A stretch of DNA of 40,685 bases from an uncultured Bacillota bacterium (GCA_937926935.1 CALBBI010000070.1:1-40685); one strand, 5' to 3'; numbered from the stretch's first letter, positions 1 through 11,817 are shown. Notes: generated by a model not told the origin, from the letters alone. A program made the numbers and translations.

Positions 1-66
1 TCAGCTGGCTAGAGCATCCGGTTCATACCCGGCAGGTCGAGAGTTCGAATCTCCCCGTCGCTACCA
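1..66 (+). tRNA. tRNA-Met (anticodon CAT), 3' ~66 nt only; the 5' end lies upstream of the window
   Basis: D-loop-like TCAGCTGGCTAGAGCA. Anticodon loop TTCATAC with CAT at 24-26. T-loop TTCGAAT. Encoded CCA at 64-66. The TTCATACC loop resembles Firmicutes elongator Met rather than initiator or Ile2. Confidence 0.75.
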
Positions 67-79
67 ATTAGAATGCTAA

Positions 80-105
80 GAGAGTCTTAATTGACCCTCT
101 TTTTT
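80..105 (+). terminator. Intrinsic terminator after the tRNA
   Basis: GAGAGTC (80-86) / GACCCTC (93-99) stem with one mismatch, a 6-nt loop, then TTTTTT (100-105). Confidence 0.55.
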
Positions 106-115
106 CATTGATTTT

Positions 116-139
116 GTGCCATAAAATTGGTGCCATAAA
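116..139. repeat. Tandem direct repeat GTGCCATAAA x2 (period 14 nt)
   Basis: Exact 10-mers at 116-125 and 130-139, in the tRNA-to-methyltransferase intergenic region. Confidence 0.6.
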
Positions 140-234
140 TTATTTTTGAGTATTATTTCTTTTATATCAAAAGAGGAGAGTATTAAAAAAGCAGACCTAA
201 ACTAAAAAAAATCCCAAAATTGCGAAAAAAACTC

Positions 235-263
235 TTGCATTTACAAAATCTTTATATTATAAT
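235..263 (+). promoter_or_regulatory. Sigma-A type promoter upstream of methyltransferase/rpoBC
   Basis: TTGCAT (235-240), 17-nt spacer, TATAAT (258-263). Confidence 0.6.
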
Positions 264-302
264 TTAGATATATTTGCCTTAAAGAAAGACACGGGTGATT
301 TT

Positions 303-899
303 TTGGAACACTATTTTACTAATAATGAAAATTTAAGAAGCGAGCTACGCACTATTAAATACGAAGTAAAAGGTGTTCCTTTTTCATTTCTCAGTGATAA
401 TGGTGTTTTTTCGAAAGACGAAATTGATTATGGAAGTATCGTACTAGTAAACTCCATATTAAAAAATACTAACAATGATAATTTAAATATATTAGATGTC
501 GGATGTGGTTATGGCTTTATTGGCATATCACTATCCAAACTATTACACAGCCACGTTGATATGGTTGATGTAAATAATCGTTGCTTACATCTAGCAACCC
601 AAAATATTAAAAACAATAAGGTGGATGCATTTGCCTTTTATAGTGACGCTTTAGATAGCGTTGATAAAAAATATGATTTAATAGTAACAAATCCTCCCAT
701 AAGGGCTGGGAAAAAAGTAGTAAATAAAATACTATTTGATGCGATGAAACATCTCTTACCAGGATGCTCATTGTGGTTTGTTATTAGAAAAAACCAAGGA
801 GCCAAAAGTGCAATCAAGGATTTAGAATCCCAAGGCTACATAGTAGAAATACTAGCAAAAGATAAAGGATTCTATATCATGAAGGCTACCTGTAAGTAG
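303..899 (+). CDS. Class I SAM-dependent (rRNA guanine-N2 type) methyltransferase, YbxB/RsmC-like
   Basis: TTG start. SAM motif ILDVGCGYGFIG and N-methyltransferase motif VTNPPIRAG. It sits directly upstream of rpoB, as B. subtilis ybxB does. Confidence 0.85.
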   Translation: MEHYFTNNENLRSELRTIKYEVKGVPFSFLSDNGVFSKDEIDYGSIVLVNSILKNTNNDNLNILDVGCGYGFIGISLSKLLHSHVDMVDVNNRCLHLATQNIKNNKVDAFAFYSDALDSVDKKYDLIVTNPPIRAGKKVVNKILFDAMKHLLPGCSLWFVIRKNQGAKSAIKDLESQGYIVEILAKDKGFYIMKATCK

Positions 900-952
900 A
901 CTTACAAAAATAAAGCATTTAAAAATATTTTAAAGGTTGGGGTGAATAGAAA

Positions 953-3900
953 ATGGCATACAAAACAAAAAAATTTGGTGACCATGCAGAACGAAGAACG
1001 TTCTCAAAAATTAAGAACACCTTAGAGTTGACAGATTTATTAGAAATACAAAAAAAATCCTACCAATGGTTCTTAGATGAAGGAATTAAAGAAACTTTTG
1101 AAGAACTATTCCCAGTAGAGAGCTTTACTGGTAATATTTCTTTAGAATTTGGTGATTATTATTTTGATGAACCAAGATATTCTATTAAAGAATCTAAAGA
1201 ACGTATGGTAAACTATGCAGCACCACTAAAAGTAGGAGCAAGAGTTTTTATCCATGAAACGGGAGAAGTTAAGGAACAAGAAATATTCTTAGGCGACATT
1301 CCAATGATGACAGATGCTGGAACATTTATCATTAACGGAGCTGAAAGAGTTATCGTTTCACAATTAGTACGTAGTCCATCTATCTATTATAAAAAAGAAA
1401 TAGATAAAAATGGTCGTCGTATTATCTCATCAGAAGTAATTCCAAATCGTGGTACTTGGTTAGAATACGAACTAGATGCAAGAGATATTCTATATGTTAG
1501 AATTGACCGTACAAGAAAAGTTCCAATTACAACATTCTTAAGAGCATTAGGACTTTCTAACGATGAAGATATTTTAGAACTATTTGGTGATAACCAATAC
1601 ATCAAAAATACTTTAGAAAAAGATAGTACTAAGAATACTGATGAAGCTTTAATTGAAATTTACGAAAAATTAAGACCAGGTGAACCAGCAACCCTAGATA
1701 GTGCTAAGAATCAACTTATCACAAGATTCTTCGATAAATTTAGATACGATCTAGCTAAAGTTGGACGTTATAAATTTAATCGTAAGTTAAATGTCTTAGA
1801 CAGATTACTAGGATGCACAATTGCTGAAGATATCAAAGATGAAAATGGTAACGTTGTTGTAAGCGATGGTACTTTAATTACTAAAGAAATTTTAGAACAA
1901 GTAAGACCAATCTTTGCTGCTGGTTATAACGTTAAAGAAGTAACTATCAATGAAGAATTAGATGAATACAATAAAGTTCAAACTGTTAAAGTTTATGATA
2001 AGAAAGATGATTCTAAAGTTATTGAAATCATTGGTAATGATCAATCAATCGATATTAGAAGATTAACAATTTCTGATATTTATGCATCAATTTCTTATTA
2101 CTTAAACTTACATGATAATATTGGTTCCGATGATGAAATCGACCACTTAGCTAATCGTCGTGTTAGACAAGTAGGAGAATTAGTTCAAAAACAATTCAAC
2201 GTTGGTATGTCACGTATGGAACGTGTAATTAGAGAAAGAATGACTACTCAAGAACTTGAGACAGTTACACCAAAAACTTTAATTAACATTCGTCCTGTAA
2301 CAGCAGCCTTAAAAGAATTCTTTGGTTCATCACAACTTTCTAAATTCATGGACCAAGTTAACCCAATTGCCGAACTAACAGATAAGAGACGTTTATCATC
2401 TTTAGGGCCAGGTGGACTTGCTAGAGACCGTGCTGGTATGGATGTTCGTGACGTTAACTCAAGTCACTATGGTAGAATTTGTCCAATCGAATCACCAGAA
2501 GGTCAAAATATCGGTCTTATTACATCAATTGCATCTTATGCTAAGATAAATGATTATGGATTTATTATGACTCCATATCGTAAAGTTGTTGATTGCAAAG
2601 TAACTGATGAAGTTGAATACATGACTGCTGATGAAGAAGCTGATTACTATATTGGCTCTGCAACAGTTACATTGTCTGATGATAATGTTATTTTGGATGA
2701 CCAAGTATTAGCACGTCTAAACGGTGAAACCGTTATGGTTAAGAAAGAATTAGTTAACTATGTTGATGTTGCTCCAAGTCAAATTGTCGCAATTACAACA
2801 AGCTGTATTCCATTCCTAGAACACGATGATGCTCACAGAGCATTAATGGGTGCTAACATGCAACGTCAAGCTGTACCATTAATTACTTGTGAATCTCCAA
2901 TCGTTGGTACTGGTGTTGAATATATCGCTGCTCGTGACTCTGGTTCGACAGTTGTTGCTAAAGCTGACGGTGTAGTTGAATACGCTGATTCGCGTAAAAT
3001 TATCGTTAAAAACGCTAAGGGTAAAGATACTTATTACTTAGCTGACTTTGAAAGAAGTAATGCATCTACTACTATTAATCAAAGACCAATCGTTAAAGAA
3101 GGCGAGAAGGTACATCGTGGTGAAGTAATCGCTGATGGACCATCAACTCAAAACGGAGAATTAGCCCTTGGTAAAAATATGACAGTAGCGTTTATGACAT
3201 GTAATGGTTATAACTATGAAGATGCTGTTGTCTTAAATGAAAGATTAGTTAAAGATGATGTTTATACATCACTACATATTGAACATTATGACATTGAATG
3301 TCGTGATACTAAACTTGGACCAGAAGAAATTACTAGAGATATTCCAAACGTTGGTGAAGATGCTCGTAAGAACTTAGATTCTAATGGTATCGTTAGAATA
3401 GGTACTGAAGTTAAAGATGGCGATATCTTAGTTGGAAAAGTTACACCAAAAGGCGTTCAAGAACTTACTGCTGAAGAAAAACTATTACATGCTATCTTTG
3501 GTGAAAAAACTCGTGAAGTTAGAGATACTTCCCTAAGAGTAGAGCATGGCGCTGGTGGCATTGTTCATGATGTTAAAGTCTATACTAAAGAAAACTCTGA
3601 TGAACTACCTGCTGGTGTTTCAAAAATCGTTCGTGTTTATATTATTCAAAAACGTAAGATTCAAGTCGGAGATAAAATGTCTGGACGACATGGTAACAAA
3701 GGTGTTATTTCCCTAATATTACCAGAAGAAGATATGCCTTATACAGCTGATGGTAAACCAGTTGATATCATACTTAATCCACAAGGTGTTCCATCACGTA
3801 TGAATATCGGTCAAATTCTAGAATTACACTTAGGTATGGCTGGTAAAAAATTAGGCGTTAAATATGCTACTCCAGTATTCGATGGTGCTTCTCAACAAGA

Positions 3901-4573
3901 AATTTATGAACAAATGGAAGAAGCCGGTATGGATCATGATGGTAAAGTAGTTCTATACAATGGCCGTACTGGAGAACCTTTCGAAAATAGAGTTTCTGTT
4001 GGTGTTATGTACATGGTTAAACTACACCACATGGTAGATGATAAACTACATGCTAGAAGTACTGGACCTTACTCAATGGTTACACAACAACCATTAGGTG
4101 GTAAAGCTCAATTTGGTGGTCAAAGATTCGGAGAAATGGAAGTTTGGGCTCTATATGCCTATGGTGCTGCACATGTTCTTCAAGAAATCATGACTGTTAA
4201 ATCAGATGACATCGTTGGCCGTGTTAAAGTTTATGAAGCCTTAGTAAAAGGTAAACCAATTGATCAAGCGGGAATCCCAGAATCATTTAGAGTATTAATT
4301 AAAGAATTCCAAGCTTTAGGTCTAGATGTTCAAATCGAAAATGAAAAGAATGAATTAGTAAGCTTAAAAGATATGGAACAAGATGAAGAAGATGCTGATT
4401 CACTAAAAATAGAAGAATTAACTAATAATGAACCAGAAAAGAAAGAGGAAGAATCTTTAGAACCTCAAGAAGATGATACTTATGAGGATGAAGAAGAGGA
4501 TGAAGATTATGATGATCTTGACGACTTAGAATTTCCTGGCGACGTTAATGAAGAGGAGGAAGATCTTATATGA
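953..4573 (+). CDS. rpoB: DNA-directed RNA polymerase subunit beta
   Basis: 1206 aa. Conserved blocks [26 protein letters not shown] and [13 protein letters not shown]. Polyacidic C-terminal tail. Confidence 0.99.
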   Translation: MAYKTKKFGDHAERRTFSKIKNTLELTDLLEIQKKSYQWFLDEGIKETFEELFPVESFTGNISLEFGDYYFDEPRYSIKESKERMVNYAAPLKVGARVFIHETGEVKEQEIFLGDIPMMTDAGTFIINGAERVIVSQLVRSPSIYYKKEIDKNGRRIISSEVIPNRGTWLEYELDARDILYVRIDRTRKVPITTFLRALGLSNDEDILELFGDNQYIKNTLEKDSTKNTDEALIEIYEKLRPGEPATLDSAKNQLITRFFDKFRYDLAKVGRYKFNRKLNVLDRLLGCTIAEDIKDENGNVVVSDGTLITKEILEQVRPIFAAGYNVKEVTINEELDEYNKVQTVKVYDKKDDSKVIEIIGNDQSIDIRRLTISDIYASISYYLNLHDNIGSDDEIDHLANRRVRQVGELVQKQFNVGMSRMERVIRERMTTQELETVTPKTLINIRPVTAALKEFFGSSQLSKFMDQVNPIAELTDKRRLSSLGPGGLARDRAGMDVRDVNSSHYGRICPIESPEGQNIGLITSIASYAKINDYGFIMTPYRKVVDCKVTDEVEYMTADEEADYYIGSATVTLSDDNVILDDQVLARLNGETVMVKKELVNYVDVAPSQIVAITTSCIPFLEHDDAHRALMGANMQRQAVPLITCESPIVGTGVEYIAARDSGSTVVAKADGVVEYADSRKIIVKNAKGKDTYYLADFERSNASTTINQRPIVKEGEKVHRGEVIADGPSTQNGELALGKNMTVAFMTCNGYNYEDAVVLNERLVKDDVYTSLHIEHYDIECRDTKLGPEEITRDIPNVGEDARKNLDSNGIVRIGTEVKDGDILVGKVTPKGVQELTAEEKLLHAIFGEKTREVRDTSLRVEHGAGGIVHDVKVYTKENSDELPAGVSKIVRVYIIQKRKIQVGDKMSGRHGNKGVISLILPEEDMPYTADGKPVDIILNPQGVPSRMNIGQILELHLGMAGKKLGVKYATPVFDGASQQEIYEQMEEAGMDHDGKVVLYNGRTGEPFENRVSVGVMYMVKLHHMVDDKLHARSTGPYSMVTQQPLGGKAQFGGQRFGEMEVWALYAYGAAHVLQEIMTVKSDDIVGRVKVYEALVKGKPIDQAGIPESFRVLIKEFQALGLDVQIENEKNELVSLKDMEQDEEDADSLKIEELTNNEPEKKEEESLEPQEDDTYEDEEEDEDYDDLDDLEFPGDVNEEEEDLI

Positions 4574-7500
4574 TGGATGTAAATAATTTTAGAGGTATCA
4601 AAATATCTATTGCTTCCCCTGAAAAGATTAGGGAATGGTCTTATGGTGAGGTTAAAAAGCCTGAGACCATTAACTATCGTACTCAAAAACCCGAAAGAGA
4701 TGGCTTATTTTGTGAAAAAATATTCGGACCAACTAAGGATTTTGAATGTTCTTGCGGTAAATACAAGAGATTAAGATATAAAAATGTTATTTGTGATCGT
4801 TGTGGAGTAGAAGTAACTTCATCTAAAGTACGTCGTGAACGTATGGGACACATTGAACTTGCAGCACCATGCTCACACATTTGGTTCTTTAAAGGTGTAC
4901 CATCTAAGATGAGCTTAGTACTTGATATGTCTCCAAGAGACTTAGAAGAAGTATTATACTTTGTATCTTATGTTGTAATTGACCCAGGTCAAGTACCTTT
5001 AGAGAAAAAACAAACTTTATCTGATAAAGAATATCGTGCTTACTATGAAAAATATGGTAATGCCTTCAAAGTAGGAATGGGTGCTGAAGCTATCCAAGAA
5101 CTACTTAAAGAAGTAGATTTAGATAAAGAAATCGAAGATTTAAGAAAAGAATTAGATGGCGCTACTGGTCAAAAACGTGTTCGTTTAGTAAAACGTTTAG
5201 ACTGCTTAGTTGCTTTCAAAGAATCAGGCAATCGTCCTGAATGGATGGTACTTACAGCATTACCTGTAATTCCTCCAGATTTACGACCAATGATTCAATT
5301 AGATGGTGGTAGATTTGCTACTTCTGACTTAAATGATTTATATAGAAGAATTATTAATCGCAATAATCGTCTAAAGAAATTATTAGAATTAGGAGCGCCT
5401 ACAATCATCGTTCAAAACGAAAAACGTATGTTACAAGAAGCTGTTGACTCATTATTTGATAATGGCCGTCATGGTAGAAGTGTAACAGCTGCTGGTAATC
5501 GTCCATTAAAATCTTTATCAAGTATGTTAAAAGGTAAACAAGGACGTTTCCGTCAAAACTTACTAGGTAAACGTGTTGACTATTCTGGTCGTTCCGTTAT
5601 CGTTGTTGGTCCATCATTAAAAATGTACCAATGCGGTCTTCCAAAAGAAATGGCTTTAGAACTATTCAAACCCCATGTTATTCATGGCCTAGTAGAAAGA
5701 GGCTTAGCTCATAATATTAAAGGAGCTAAAAAGCTAATTGATAATAAAGATGAATGTGTATGGGATGTAGTAGAAGACGTAATTACTGAACATCCAGTAA
5801 TGTTAAACCGTGCCCCTACATTACATAGACTAGGTATCCAAGCTTTCGAACCAGTTTTAGTTGGTGGTAAAGCTATGCGTTTGCATCCACTTGTATGTGC
5901 AGCCTTCAATGCTGACTTCGATGGTGACCAAATGGCTATCCATATTCCATTAAGTGAAGAAGCTAAAGCTGAAGCTCGTATCCTAATGCTTGGTGCTAAT
6001 AACATCTTAAAACCATCTGATGGTAAACCAATCGTTACACCATCACAAGATATGATTTTAGGTAACTACTATCTATCTATTGAAGAAGCAGGCTTAGAAA
6101 ACGAAGGTAAAGTATTTAAAAATTCTAACGAAGCCCTAATGGCTTACGAAAGAAAAGAAATAAGTCTTCATACTAGAATTGCTATTCCTGTATCATCATT
6201 TAAATATAAATTATTTACTGATGAACAAAAAGATAAATACTTAGTAACAACAGTTGGTAAATTAAAATTCAATGAAATTTTACCAGACTCCTTCCCATAT
6301 ATTAACGAACCATCAAAAGAAAATATTGAAGGAATTACTCCTAATAAATTCTTCTTACCAATGGGTGTTAATATTCCTGAAGAAATTGCTAAAATGCCAT
6401 TAACTGATCCATTCGTTAAGAAAACATTTAGTAGTTTAATTGCTCAAGTATTTAAAAGATATAAAACTACTGAAACATCAGTTATGTTAGATAAATTAAA
6501 AGACTTAGGTTTTAAATATTCAACTATTGCTGGTATTTCAATCTCTATGAGTGATGTAATTGAATCTAAACAAAAAGGTCAAATTATTGCTGATACTCAA
6601 AGTAAAGTAGATAAAGTAAATAAACAATTCCAAAGAGGTTTAATTACTGAAGATGAACGTTACAAGACTGTATGTTCATTGTGGGCTAAAGCAACATCTG
6701 ATATCTCACAAGAACTACAAACTATCGCTAAAGAAAATATGATGAACCCAATCTTCATGATGATGAACTCTGGAGCCCGTGGTTCTGCTAATCAGTTTAA
6801 CCAACTTGCTGGTATGCGTGGTTTAATTGCTAAACCAACTGGTGAAACTATCGAAATCCCAGTTAAGTCAAACTTAATTGAAGGATGTAACGTAACAGAG
6901 TTCTTTATCGGTACCCGTGGTGGTCGTAAAGGTATCGTTGATACAGCCTTAAGAACTGCTGATTCAGGATACTTAACTCGCCGTTTAGTAGATGTTGCTC
7001 AAGATATCATCGTTAAAGAAGAAGATTGTGGCACAATAAATGGTGTTGAAGTAACTGATTTCGTTGATACAAGATCTAATACTATGATCGAACCATTAAT
7101 CGAAAGAATTATTGGTAGATACACTGCTACTAAAGTAATTAACCCTGAAACTAAAGAAGTTATTATTGATAAAAATCAATATATTACTGAAAATATCGCT
7201 AATAAAATTATTAAAGCTGGTATTAAAAAAGTTGAAATTAGAAGCGTTCTAACATGTAATACTGTAAATGGTGTATGTCAACATTGTTATGGACGTAACC
7301 TTGCAACTGGAAACTTAGTTGAAACCGGAGAAGCTGTTGGTATTATGGCTGCTCAATCAATTGGTGAACCAGGTACACAGCTTACCATGCGTACATTCCA
7401 CGAAGGTGGAGTTGCCGGTGGCGATATTACTCAAGGTCTTCCAAGAGTTGAAGAACTATTTGAAGCTCGTAACCCTAAAGGTAAAGCAACAATTGCTGAA

Positions 7501-8271
7501 ATTGCTGGTAAAATTGCTTCTATTGAAGAGACTAATGGTAAATACAAAATTATCATTGAAAATGACGTTGAAGCAAGAGAACATATCACTAACTACAATA
7601 CTAAATTATGTGTAGAATTAGGCGATATGGTAAATGCTGGTGATCCATTAACTGTTGGTTCAATCGCACCAAAAGAATTACTTGCTGTAACTGACCCAAT
7701 AACTGCTCAACAATATATTGTTAAAGAAGTTCAAAAAGTTTATAAATCTCAAGGTGTAGACGTTTCTGATAAACATATCGAAGTTATTGTTCGTCGAATG
7801 ATTTCTAAGATGAAGATTTTAGATGGTGGAGATACTGACTTAGTAGCTGGACTATCTGTAACATTAAATGAATTTGCTAATGCTAATAAACCAGTATTAT
7901 TGACTGGCGGCGTACCTGCAACTGGACTTCCAGTAATGTTAGGTATTACTAAAGCATCATTAGAAACAGATTCCTTCTTATCAGCAGCTTCCTTCCAAGA
8001 AACTACAAGAGTATTAACTGATGCTGCAATTCGTGGTAAAGTTGATCACTTAAGAGGGCTTAAAGAAAACGTTATCATTGGTAAACTTATCCCAGCTGGA
8101 ACTGGAGCAAAACAATATTCTGATATTCAAACTGTTTTAGAAAAAGAATTCATGGATGATGATGCTCAAGAAATGTTAGAAGAACAACTTATGGATGATA
8201 CTGGCGAAGACAAAGTAGATGCTATGGTAGAAACTGAAGAAGAATCTAACGAAGAAACTAGTGAAAATTAG
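4570..8271 (+). CDS. rpoC: DNA-directed RNA polymerase subunit beta'
   Basis: 1233 aa. Zn-binding CSCGKY...CDRCGVEV and catalytic NADFDGDQM. The ATGA overlap with the rpoB stop is preceded by GAGGAGGAAG. Confidence 0.99.
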   Translation: MMDVNNFRGIKISIASPEKIREWSYGEVKKPETINYRTQKPERDGLFCEKIFGPTKDFECSCGKYKRLRYKNVICDRCGVEVTSSKVRRERMGHIELAAPCSHIWFFKGVPSKMSLVLDMSPRDLEEVLYFVSYVVIDPGQVPLEKKQTLSDKEYRAYYEKYGNAFKVGMGAEAIQELLKEVDLDKEIEDLRKELDGATGQKRVRLVKRLDCLVAFKESGNRPEWMVLTALPVIPPDLRPMIQLDGGRFATSDLNDLYRRIINRNNRLKKLLELGAPTIIVQNEKRMLQEAVDSLFDNGRHGRSVTAAGNRPLKSLSSMLKGKQGRFRQNLLGKRVDYSGRSVIVVGPSLKMYQCGLPKEMALELFKPHVIHGLVERGLAHNIKGAKKLIDNKDECVWDVVEDVITEHPVMLNRAPTLHRLGIQAFEPVLVGGKAMRLHPLVCAAFNADFDGDQMAIHIPLSEEAKAEARILMLGANNILKPSDGKPIVTPSQDMILGNYYLSIEEAGLENEGKVFKNSNEALMAYERKEISLHTRIAIPVSSFKYKLFTDEQKDKYLVTTVGKLKFNEILPDSFPYINEPSKENIEGITPNKFFLPMGVNIPEEIAKMPLTDPFVKKTFSSLIAQVFKRYKTTETSVMLDKLKDLGFKYSTIAGISISMSDVIESKQKGQIIADTQSKVDKVNKQFQRGLITEDERYKTVCSLWAKATSDISQELQTIAKENMMNPIFMMMNSGARGSANQFNQLAGMRGLIAKPTGETIEIPVKSNLIEGCNVTEFFIGTRGGRKGIVDTALRTADSGYLTRRLVDVAQDIIVKEEDCGTINGVEVTDFVDTRSNTMIEPLIERIIGRYTATKVINPETKEVIIDKNQYITENIANKIIKAGIKKVEIRSVLTCNTVNGVCQHCYGRNLATGNLVETGEAVGIMAAQSIGEPGTQLTMRTFHEGGVAGGDITQGLPRVEELFEARNPKGKATIAEIAGKIASIEETNGKYKIIIENDVEAREHITNYNTKLCVELGDMVNAGDPLTVGSIAPKELLAVTDPITAQQYIVKEVQKVYKSQGVDVSDKHIEVIVRRMISKMKILDGGDTDLVAGLSVTLNEFANANKPVLLTGGVPATGLPVMLGITKASLETDSFLSAASFQETTRVLTDAAIRGKVDHLRGLKENVIIGKLIPAGTGAKQYSDIQTVLEKEFMDDDAQEMLEEQLMDDTGEDKVDAMVETEEESNEETSEN

Positions 8272-8281
8272 TTTCTTTTTT
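8253..8281 (+). terminator. Intrinsic terminator of rpoBC
   Basis: 8-bp stem AGAAACTA (8253-8260) / TAGTTTCT (8269-8276), 8-nt loop, T-run to 8281. It overlaps the rpoC TAG stop. Confidence 0.7.
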
Positions 8282-8304
8282 CTTTTGTATAATTTTGAAA
8301 AAAG

Positions 8305-8332
8305 TTAGCACTCTAGTATTGACAAGTGCTAA
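8305..8332 (+). promoter_or_regulatory. CIRCE operator 1 (HrcA binding site), overlapping the -35 box
   Basis: TTAGCACTC-N10-AAGTGCTAA, against the consensus TTAGCACTC-N9-GAGTGCTAA. Confidence 0.8.
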
Positions 8333-8347
8333 AAATAAGAGTATTAT
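8319..8347 (+). promoter_or_regulatory. Sigma-A promoter of the hrcA-grpE-dnaK operon
   Basis: TTGACA (8319-8324), 17-nt spacer, TATTAT (8342-8347). Confidence 0.75.
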
Positions 8348-8351
8348 ATAT

Positions 8352-8378
8352 TTAGCATTTGAAAGAAAAGAGTGCTAA
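8352..8378 (+). promoter_or_regulatory. CIRCE operator 2
   Basis: TTAGCATTT-N9-GAGTGCTAA, with canonical spacing and two left-arm mismatches. It lies between the -10 box and the RBS. Confidence 0.85.
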
Positions 8379-8393
8379 GAAGAGGTGATTATC

Positions 8394-9398
8394 TTGGATG
8401 AAAGACAACAAAGAATCCTAAAGGAAATTGTTGAAAACTACATTAAATCAGCCAAACCAATAGGATCAAAATCTTTATGCCAAAAATTCAAATGTTCATC
8501 AGCAACGATAAGAAACGAAATGGCTGTCTTAGAAAGCTTGGGATACATTGAAAAAAACCATATTTCTAGTGGTCGTGTGCCATCGGAACTAGGTTATAAA
8601 TATTACGTTACATATTTGATGAAACCAAAAGAATTAAATGGTGAAGAAATGTTGAAACTACAAACCATATTTTCTAATCAAAATTTAGAAATATCGGATG
8701 CTATTACCAAGTGTGTAGATATAATTAGTGAAATAACTAACTATACCTCAGTAATCTTAGGCAGTAGTTCCAAAGATAATGCCTTACAACAAGTAAGTAT
8801 TATTCCTCTTGCTAATAACAAGATAGTAGCCTTAGTATGTACTGATAAAGGTATCGTTGAAAATAAACAATTTACCTTACCAGAAAATACTAATATTGAG
8901 GAAGTAGTTAAAACATCGGAAATTATTAATAAAATGTTAGTTGGAACACCAATTAATGAAGTATCTGAAAGACTAGAATTTGATATTAAACCAATTATCG
9001 CTAAGAAAATAAAGCAATATGAACAAGTTTATAACATCTTCTACGATGCTTTCCATAACTTCACTAAGAACAGCTCAAATGTTCATTTTGGTGGCAAAAC
9101 AAACCTTTTAAAACAACCTGAATATGATAATGTCAGTGATGTAAAAAGAATTATTAATAAATTTGAAGATGAAAACTTACTAAGAAAAATTGATACCAAT
9201 GTAGATGGCATAAACGTCTATATTGGCGATGAAAATGAATTTGATAAAGATGTTACCATCGTTAAAACCAAATATCATATCAATGGGGAAGAAGGAACTA
9301 TTGCTGTAGTAGGACCTAAGAGAATGGAGTATGCTAAAGTAGTAGGACTTCTAAAATACATTAATGATAATTTAAATGATGAAGAACATATAGACTAA
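8394..9398 (+). CDS. hrcA: Heat-inducible transcription repressor HrcA
   Basis: The N-terminus LDERQQRILKEIVENYIKSAKPIGSKSL is typical of HrcA. It sits first in the operon, behind the CIRCE sites. TTG at 8394 lies 5-6 nt after AGAGGTGA and is the preferred start; the ORF track uses an in-frame GTG at 8385 as an alternative. Confidence 0.93.
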   Translation: MDERQQRILKEIVENYIKSAKPIGSKSLCQKFKCSSATIRNEMAVLESLGYIEKNHISSGRVPSELGYKYYVTYLMKPKELNGEEMLKLQTIFSNQNLEISDAITKCVDIISEITNYTSVILGSSSKDNALQQVSIIPLANNKIVALVCTDKGIVENKQFTLPENTNIEEVVKTSEIINKMLVGTPINEVSERLEFDIKPIIAKKIKQYEQVYNIFYDAFHNFTKNSSNVHFGGKTNLLKQPEYDNVSDVKRIINKFEDENLLRKIDTNVDGINVYIGDENEFDKDVTIVKTKYHINGEEGTIAVVGPKRMEYAKVVGLLKYINDNLNDEEHID

Positions 9399-9408
9399 GA
9401 GGGATGGT

Positions 9409-9963
9409 ATGAAAGAAGAAAAGAAAAAAATGGAAGAAGAACTTCCAAAAGAACATCAAGAAAAATGTGAAAAACATTGTTGCAAAGACCACAATAAAAA
9501 GCATGAACATCATCATGAATGCGAATGCCAAAAAGAAAACGAAAATAAAGCTAAGGAACTTAATGAAAAAGTCTTAAGATTATCTGCTGAGATGCAAAAT
9601 ATGCGTCGTAGATATGAAGAAGAAAAAGCCTCTATGGCTAAATATGAAGGAAGTGAATTAATAAAAAATTTACTTCCAATCCTTGATAACTTTGAACGTG
9701 CTATAGCCATGGATACAACAGAAAATGAAAAGTACTTAGAAGGATTTAAAATGATATATGCTAATATGATTACAACCTTAAAAAATATTGGCGTAGAAGA
9801 AATTGATTGCTTACATAAACCTTTTGATCCAAAATATATGGAAGCAGTATTAACTGAAGAAATAATTGAAGAAGAACAAGGCGTTGTCTTAGATGTCTTA
9901 CAAAAAGGTTATATGTATAAAGATAAACTACTTAGACCAGCAATGGTAAAAGTAAATGAATAA
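9409..9963 (+). CDS. grpE: Nucleotide exchange factor GrpE (with an unusual His/Cys-rich N-terminus)
   Basis: GrpE core: [18 protein letters not shown] and [17 protein letters not shown]. Located between hrcA and dnaK. Confidence 0.95.
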   Translation: MKEEKKKMEEELPKEHQEKCEKHCCKDHNKKHEHHHECECQKENENKAKELNEKVLRLSAEMQNMRRRYEEEKASMAKYEGSELIKNLLPILDNFERAIAMDTTENEKYLEGFKMIYANMITTLKNIGVEEIDCLHKPFDPKYMEAVLTEEIIEEEQGVVLDVLQKGYMYKDKLLRPAMVKVNE

Positions 9964-9983
9964 ATATTAAAGGAGAGATTATT

Positions 9984-11804
9984 ATGAGTAAAATTATAGG
10001 TATTGATTTAGGTACAACTAACTCATGTGTAGCTGTATTAGAGGGTGGAGTTCCTCATGTTATTACAAATCCAGAAGGTAACAGAACAACTCCTTCAGTA
10101 GTAGCGTTTAAAGGCGACGAAGAATTAGTCGGTGAAACTGCTAAACGTCAAGCTGTAACTAACGTAAAAAATACAATTTCAAGTATCAAGAGAAAAATGG
10201 GTACTGATGAAAAAGTTGAAGCCAATGGCAAGTCATATACTCCAGAAGAAATTTCTGCTAAAATCTTAATGAAACTTAAGAGTGATGCTGAAAGCTATTT
10301 AGGAGAAAAAGTTACTAAAGCTGTTATCACAGTTCCCGCATACTTTAACGATGCCCAAAGACAAGCAACAAAAAATGCTGGTAAAATTGCTGGCTTAGAT
10401 GTTGAAAGAATTATCAACGAACCAACAGCTGCTGCCTTAGCATATGGTATTGATAAACAAGAAAAAACACATACTGTATTAGTATACGACTTAGGTGGTG
10501 GTACATTTGATGTATCTATCCTAGAACTAGGTGATGGTGTCTTCGAAGTTAAATCAACTGCTGGTAATAACAATTTAGGTGGCGATGACTTCGATCAAAG
10601 AGTTATGGATTACTTAGTAAGTGAATTCAAGAAAGAAAATGGCATTGACTTATCTAACGATAAAATGGCACTGCAAAGAATTAAAGATGCTGCTGAAAAA
10701 GCTAAAAAAGATTTGTCTGGTATGATGAGTGCTGAAATTTCTATTCCATTCATTGCTCAAAGTGCTGAAGGACCATTACATTTAAATATGACTTTAAACA
10801 GAGCTAAATTTGAAGACTTAAATAAAGACTTATTTGATTCTACATTAGACGCTGTTCATAAAGCCTTAAGTGATGCTAAATTAACTAACAATGATATCGA
10901 TAAAGTATTATTAGTTGGTGGTTCAACAAGAATTCCTTATATTCAAGATTTAGTTAAGAAAGAATTAGGCAAAGAACCTTCAAAAGAAGTTAACCCCGAT
11001 GAAGTTGTTGCTATGGGTGCTGCTATCCAAGGTGGCGTTCTAACTGGTGAAGTTGACGACTTAGTATTACTAGATGTTACCCCATTATCACTTGGTATTG
11101 AAACAATGGGAAATGTTATGACTGTTCTAATTCCAAGAAATACAACTATTCCAACATCTAAATCTCAAGTATTCTCAACGGCTGCTGATAATCAACCTGC
11201 TGTAGATATCCATGTTTTACAAGGTGAAAGACCAATGGCTTCTGATAACAAGACTTTAGGTAACTTCCGTCTAGACAGTATTCCTGCCGCACCACGTGGA
11301 GTTCCACAAATTGAAGTTAAATTTGATATTGATGCTAATGGTATCGTTAATGTTACTGCTAAAGATTTAGGAACTAACAAAGAACAATCTATTACAATTA
11401 CTTCTTCAACTAACCTTAGTGATGAAGAAATCGAAAAGATGAGAAAAGAAGCTGAAGCTAATAAAGAAGCTGACGATAAGAAGAAAGCTTTAGCTGAAGC
11501 TAAAAATGAAGCTGATGCAACAATCTTCCAAACTGAAAAATCATTAAAAGATTTAGAAGGCAAAGTAAGCGACAGCGATAAAAAGTCAGCTGAAGATAAA
11601 ATTGCTGAATTAAAGAAAACTTTAGAAAGTGATAATGTTGATGACATTAAAGCTAAAACTAAAGAACTAAGCGATATAGCTATGCAATATGCTCAAAAAG
11701 TATATGAAGAAGCTGCTAAACAAAACCAAGCTAATAATGCTAATACAACTTCAAACACTGACTCAAAAGACGATGTCAAAGAAGCTAAATACGAAGAAAA
11801 ATAA
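9984..11804 (+). CDS. dnaK: Molecular chaperone DnaK (Hsp70)
   Basis: [26 protein letters not shown] and [11 protein letters not shown]. 606 aa. Confidence 0.99.
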   Translation: MSKIIGIDLGTTNSCVAVLEGGVPHVITNPEGNRTTPSVVAFKGDEELVGETAKRQAVTNVKNTISSIKRKMGTDEKVEANGKSYTPEEISAKILMKLKSDAESYLGEKVTKAVITVPAYFNDAQRQATKNAGKIAGLDVERIINEPTAAALAYGIDKQEKTHTVLVYDLGGGTFDVSILELGDGVFEVKSTAGNNNLGGDDFDQRVMDYLVSEFKKENGIDLSNDKMALQRIKDAAEKAKKDLSGMMSAEISIPFIAQSAEGPLHLNMTLNRAKFEDLNKDLFDSTLDAVHKALSDAKLTNNDIDKVLLVGGSTRIPYIQDLVKKELGKEPSKEVNPDEVVAMGAAIQGGVLTGEVDDLVLLDVTPLSLGIETMGNVMTVLIPRNTTIPTSKSQVFSTAADNQPAVDIHVLQGERPMASDNKTLGNFRLDSIPAAPRGVPQIEVKFDIDANGIVNVTAKDLGTNKEQSITITSSTNLSDEEIEKMRKEAEANKEADDKKKALAEAKNEADATIFQTEKSLKDLEGKVSDSDKKSAEDKIAELKKTLESDNVDDIKAKTKELSDIAMQYAQKVYEEAAKQNQANNANTTSNTDSKDDVKEAKYEEK

Positions 11805-11817
11805 TTTGATAGATAAA

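Noticed and set aside
67-302. A genomic-island junction at the tRNA 3' end.
   Set aside because: What follows the tRNA is the universally conserved rpoBC region, not accessory DNA. Only a short tandem 10-mer is present.
7319-7615. Same-strand alternative-frame ORFs inside rpoC, with others at 13834-14058, 20543-20728, 24481-24678, 31229-31429 and 34335-34529.
   Set aside because: They are embedded out of frame in conserved genes or straddle a gene end, have no independent translation signals, and their compositions reflect frame-shifted codon bias.
11192-11647. A 151-aa minus-strand ORF antisense to dnaK. Similar antisense ORFs lie at 1387-1605, 4683-4880, 5709-6005, 9513-9710, 10295-10573, 13501-13692, 18153-18488, 19792-19977, 22338-22562, 22734-22976, 23406-23618, 28029-28247, 28405-28707, 33495-33746, 36361-36567, 37166-37369 and 38562-38759.
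   Set aside because: All lie wholly or largely inside strongly supported genes on the opposite strand (some spilling slightly into flanks or spanning adjacent genes). Their translations are low-complexity (S/L/A/F/I-rich) and they lack RBS or promoter signals. They are typical shadow ORFs of AT-rich coding DNA.
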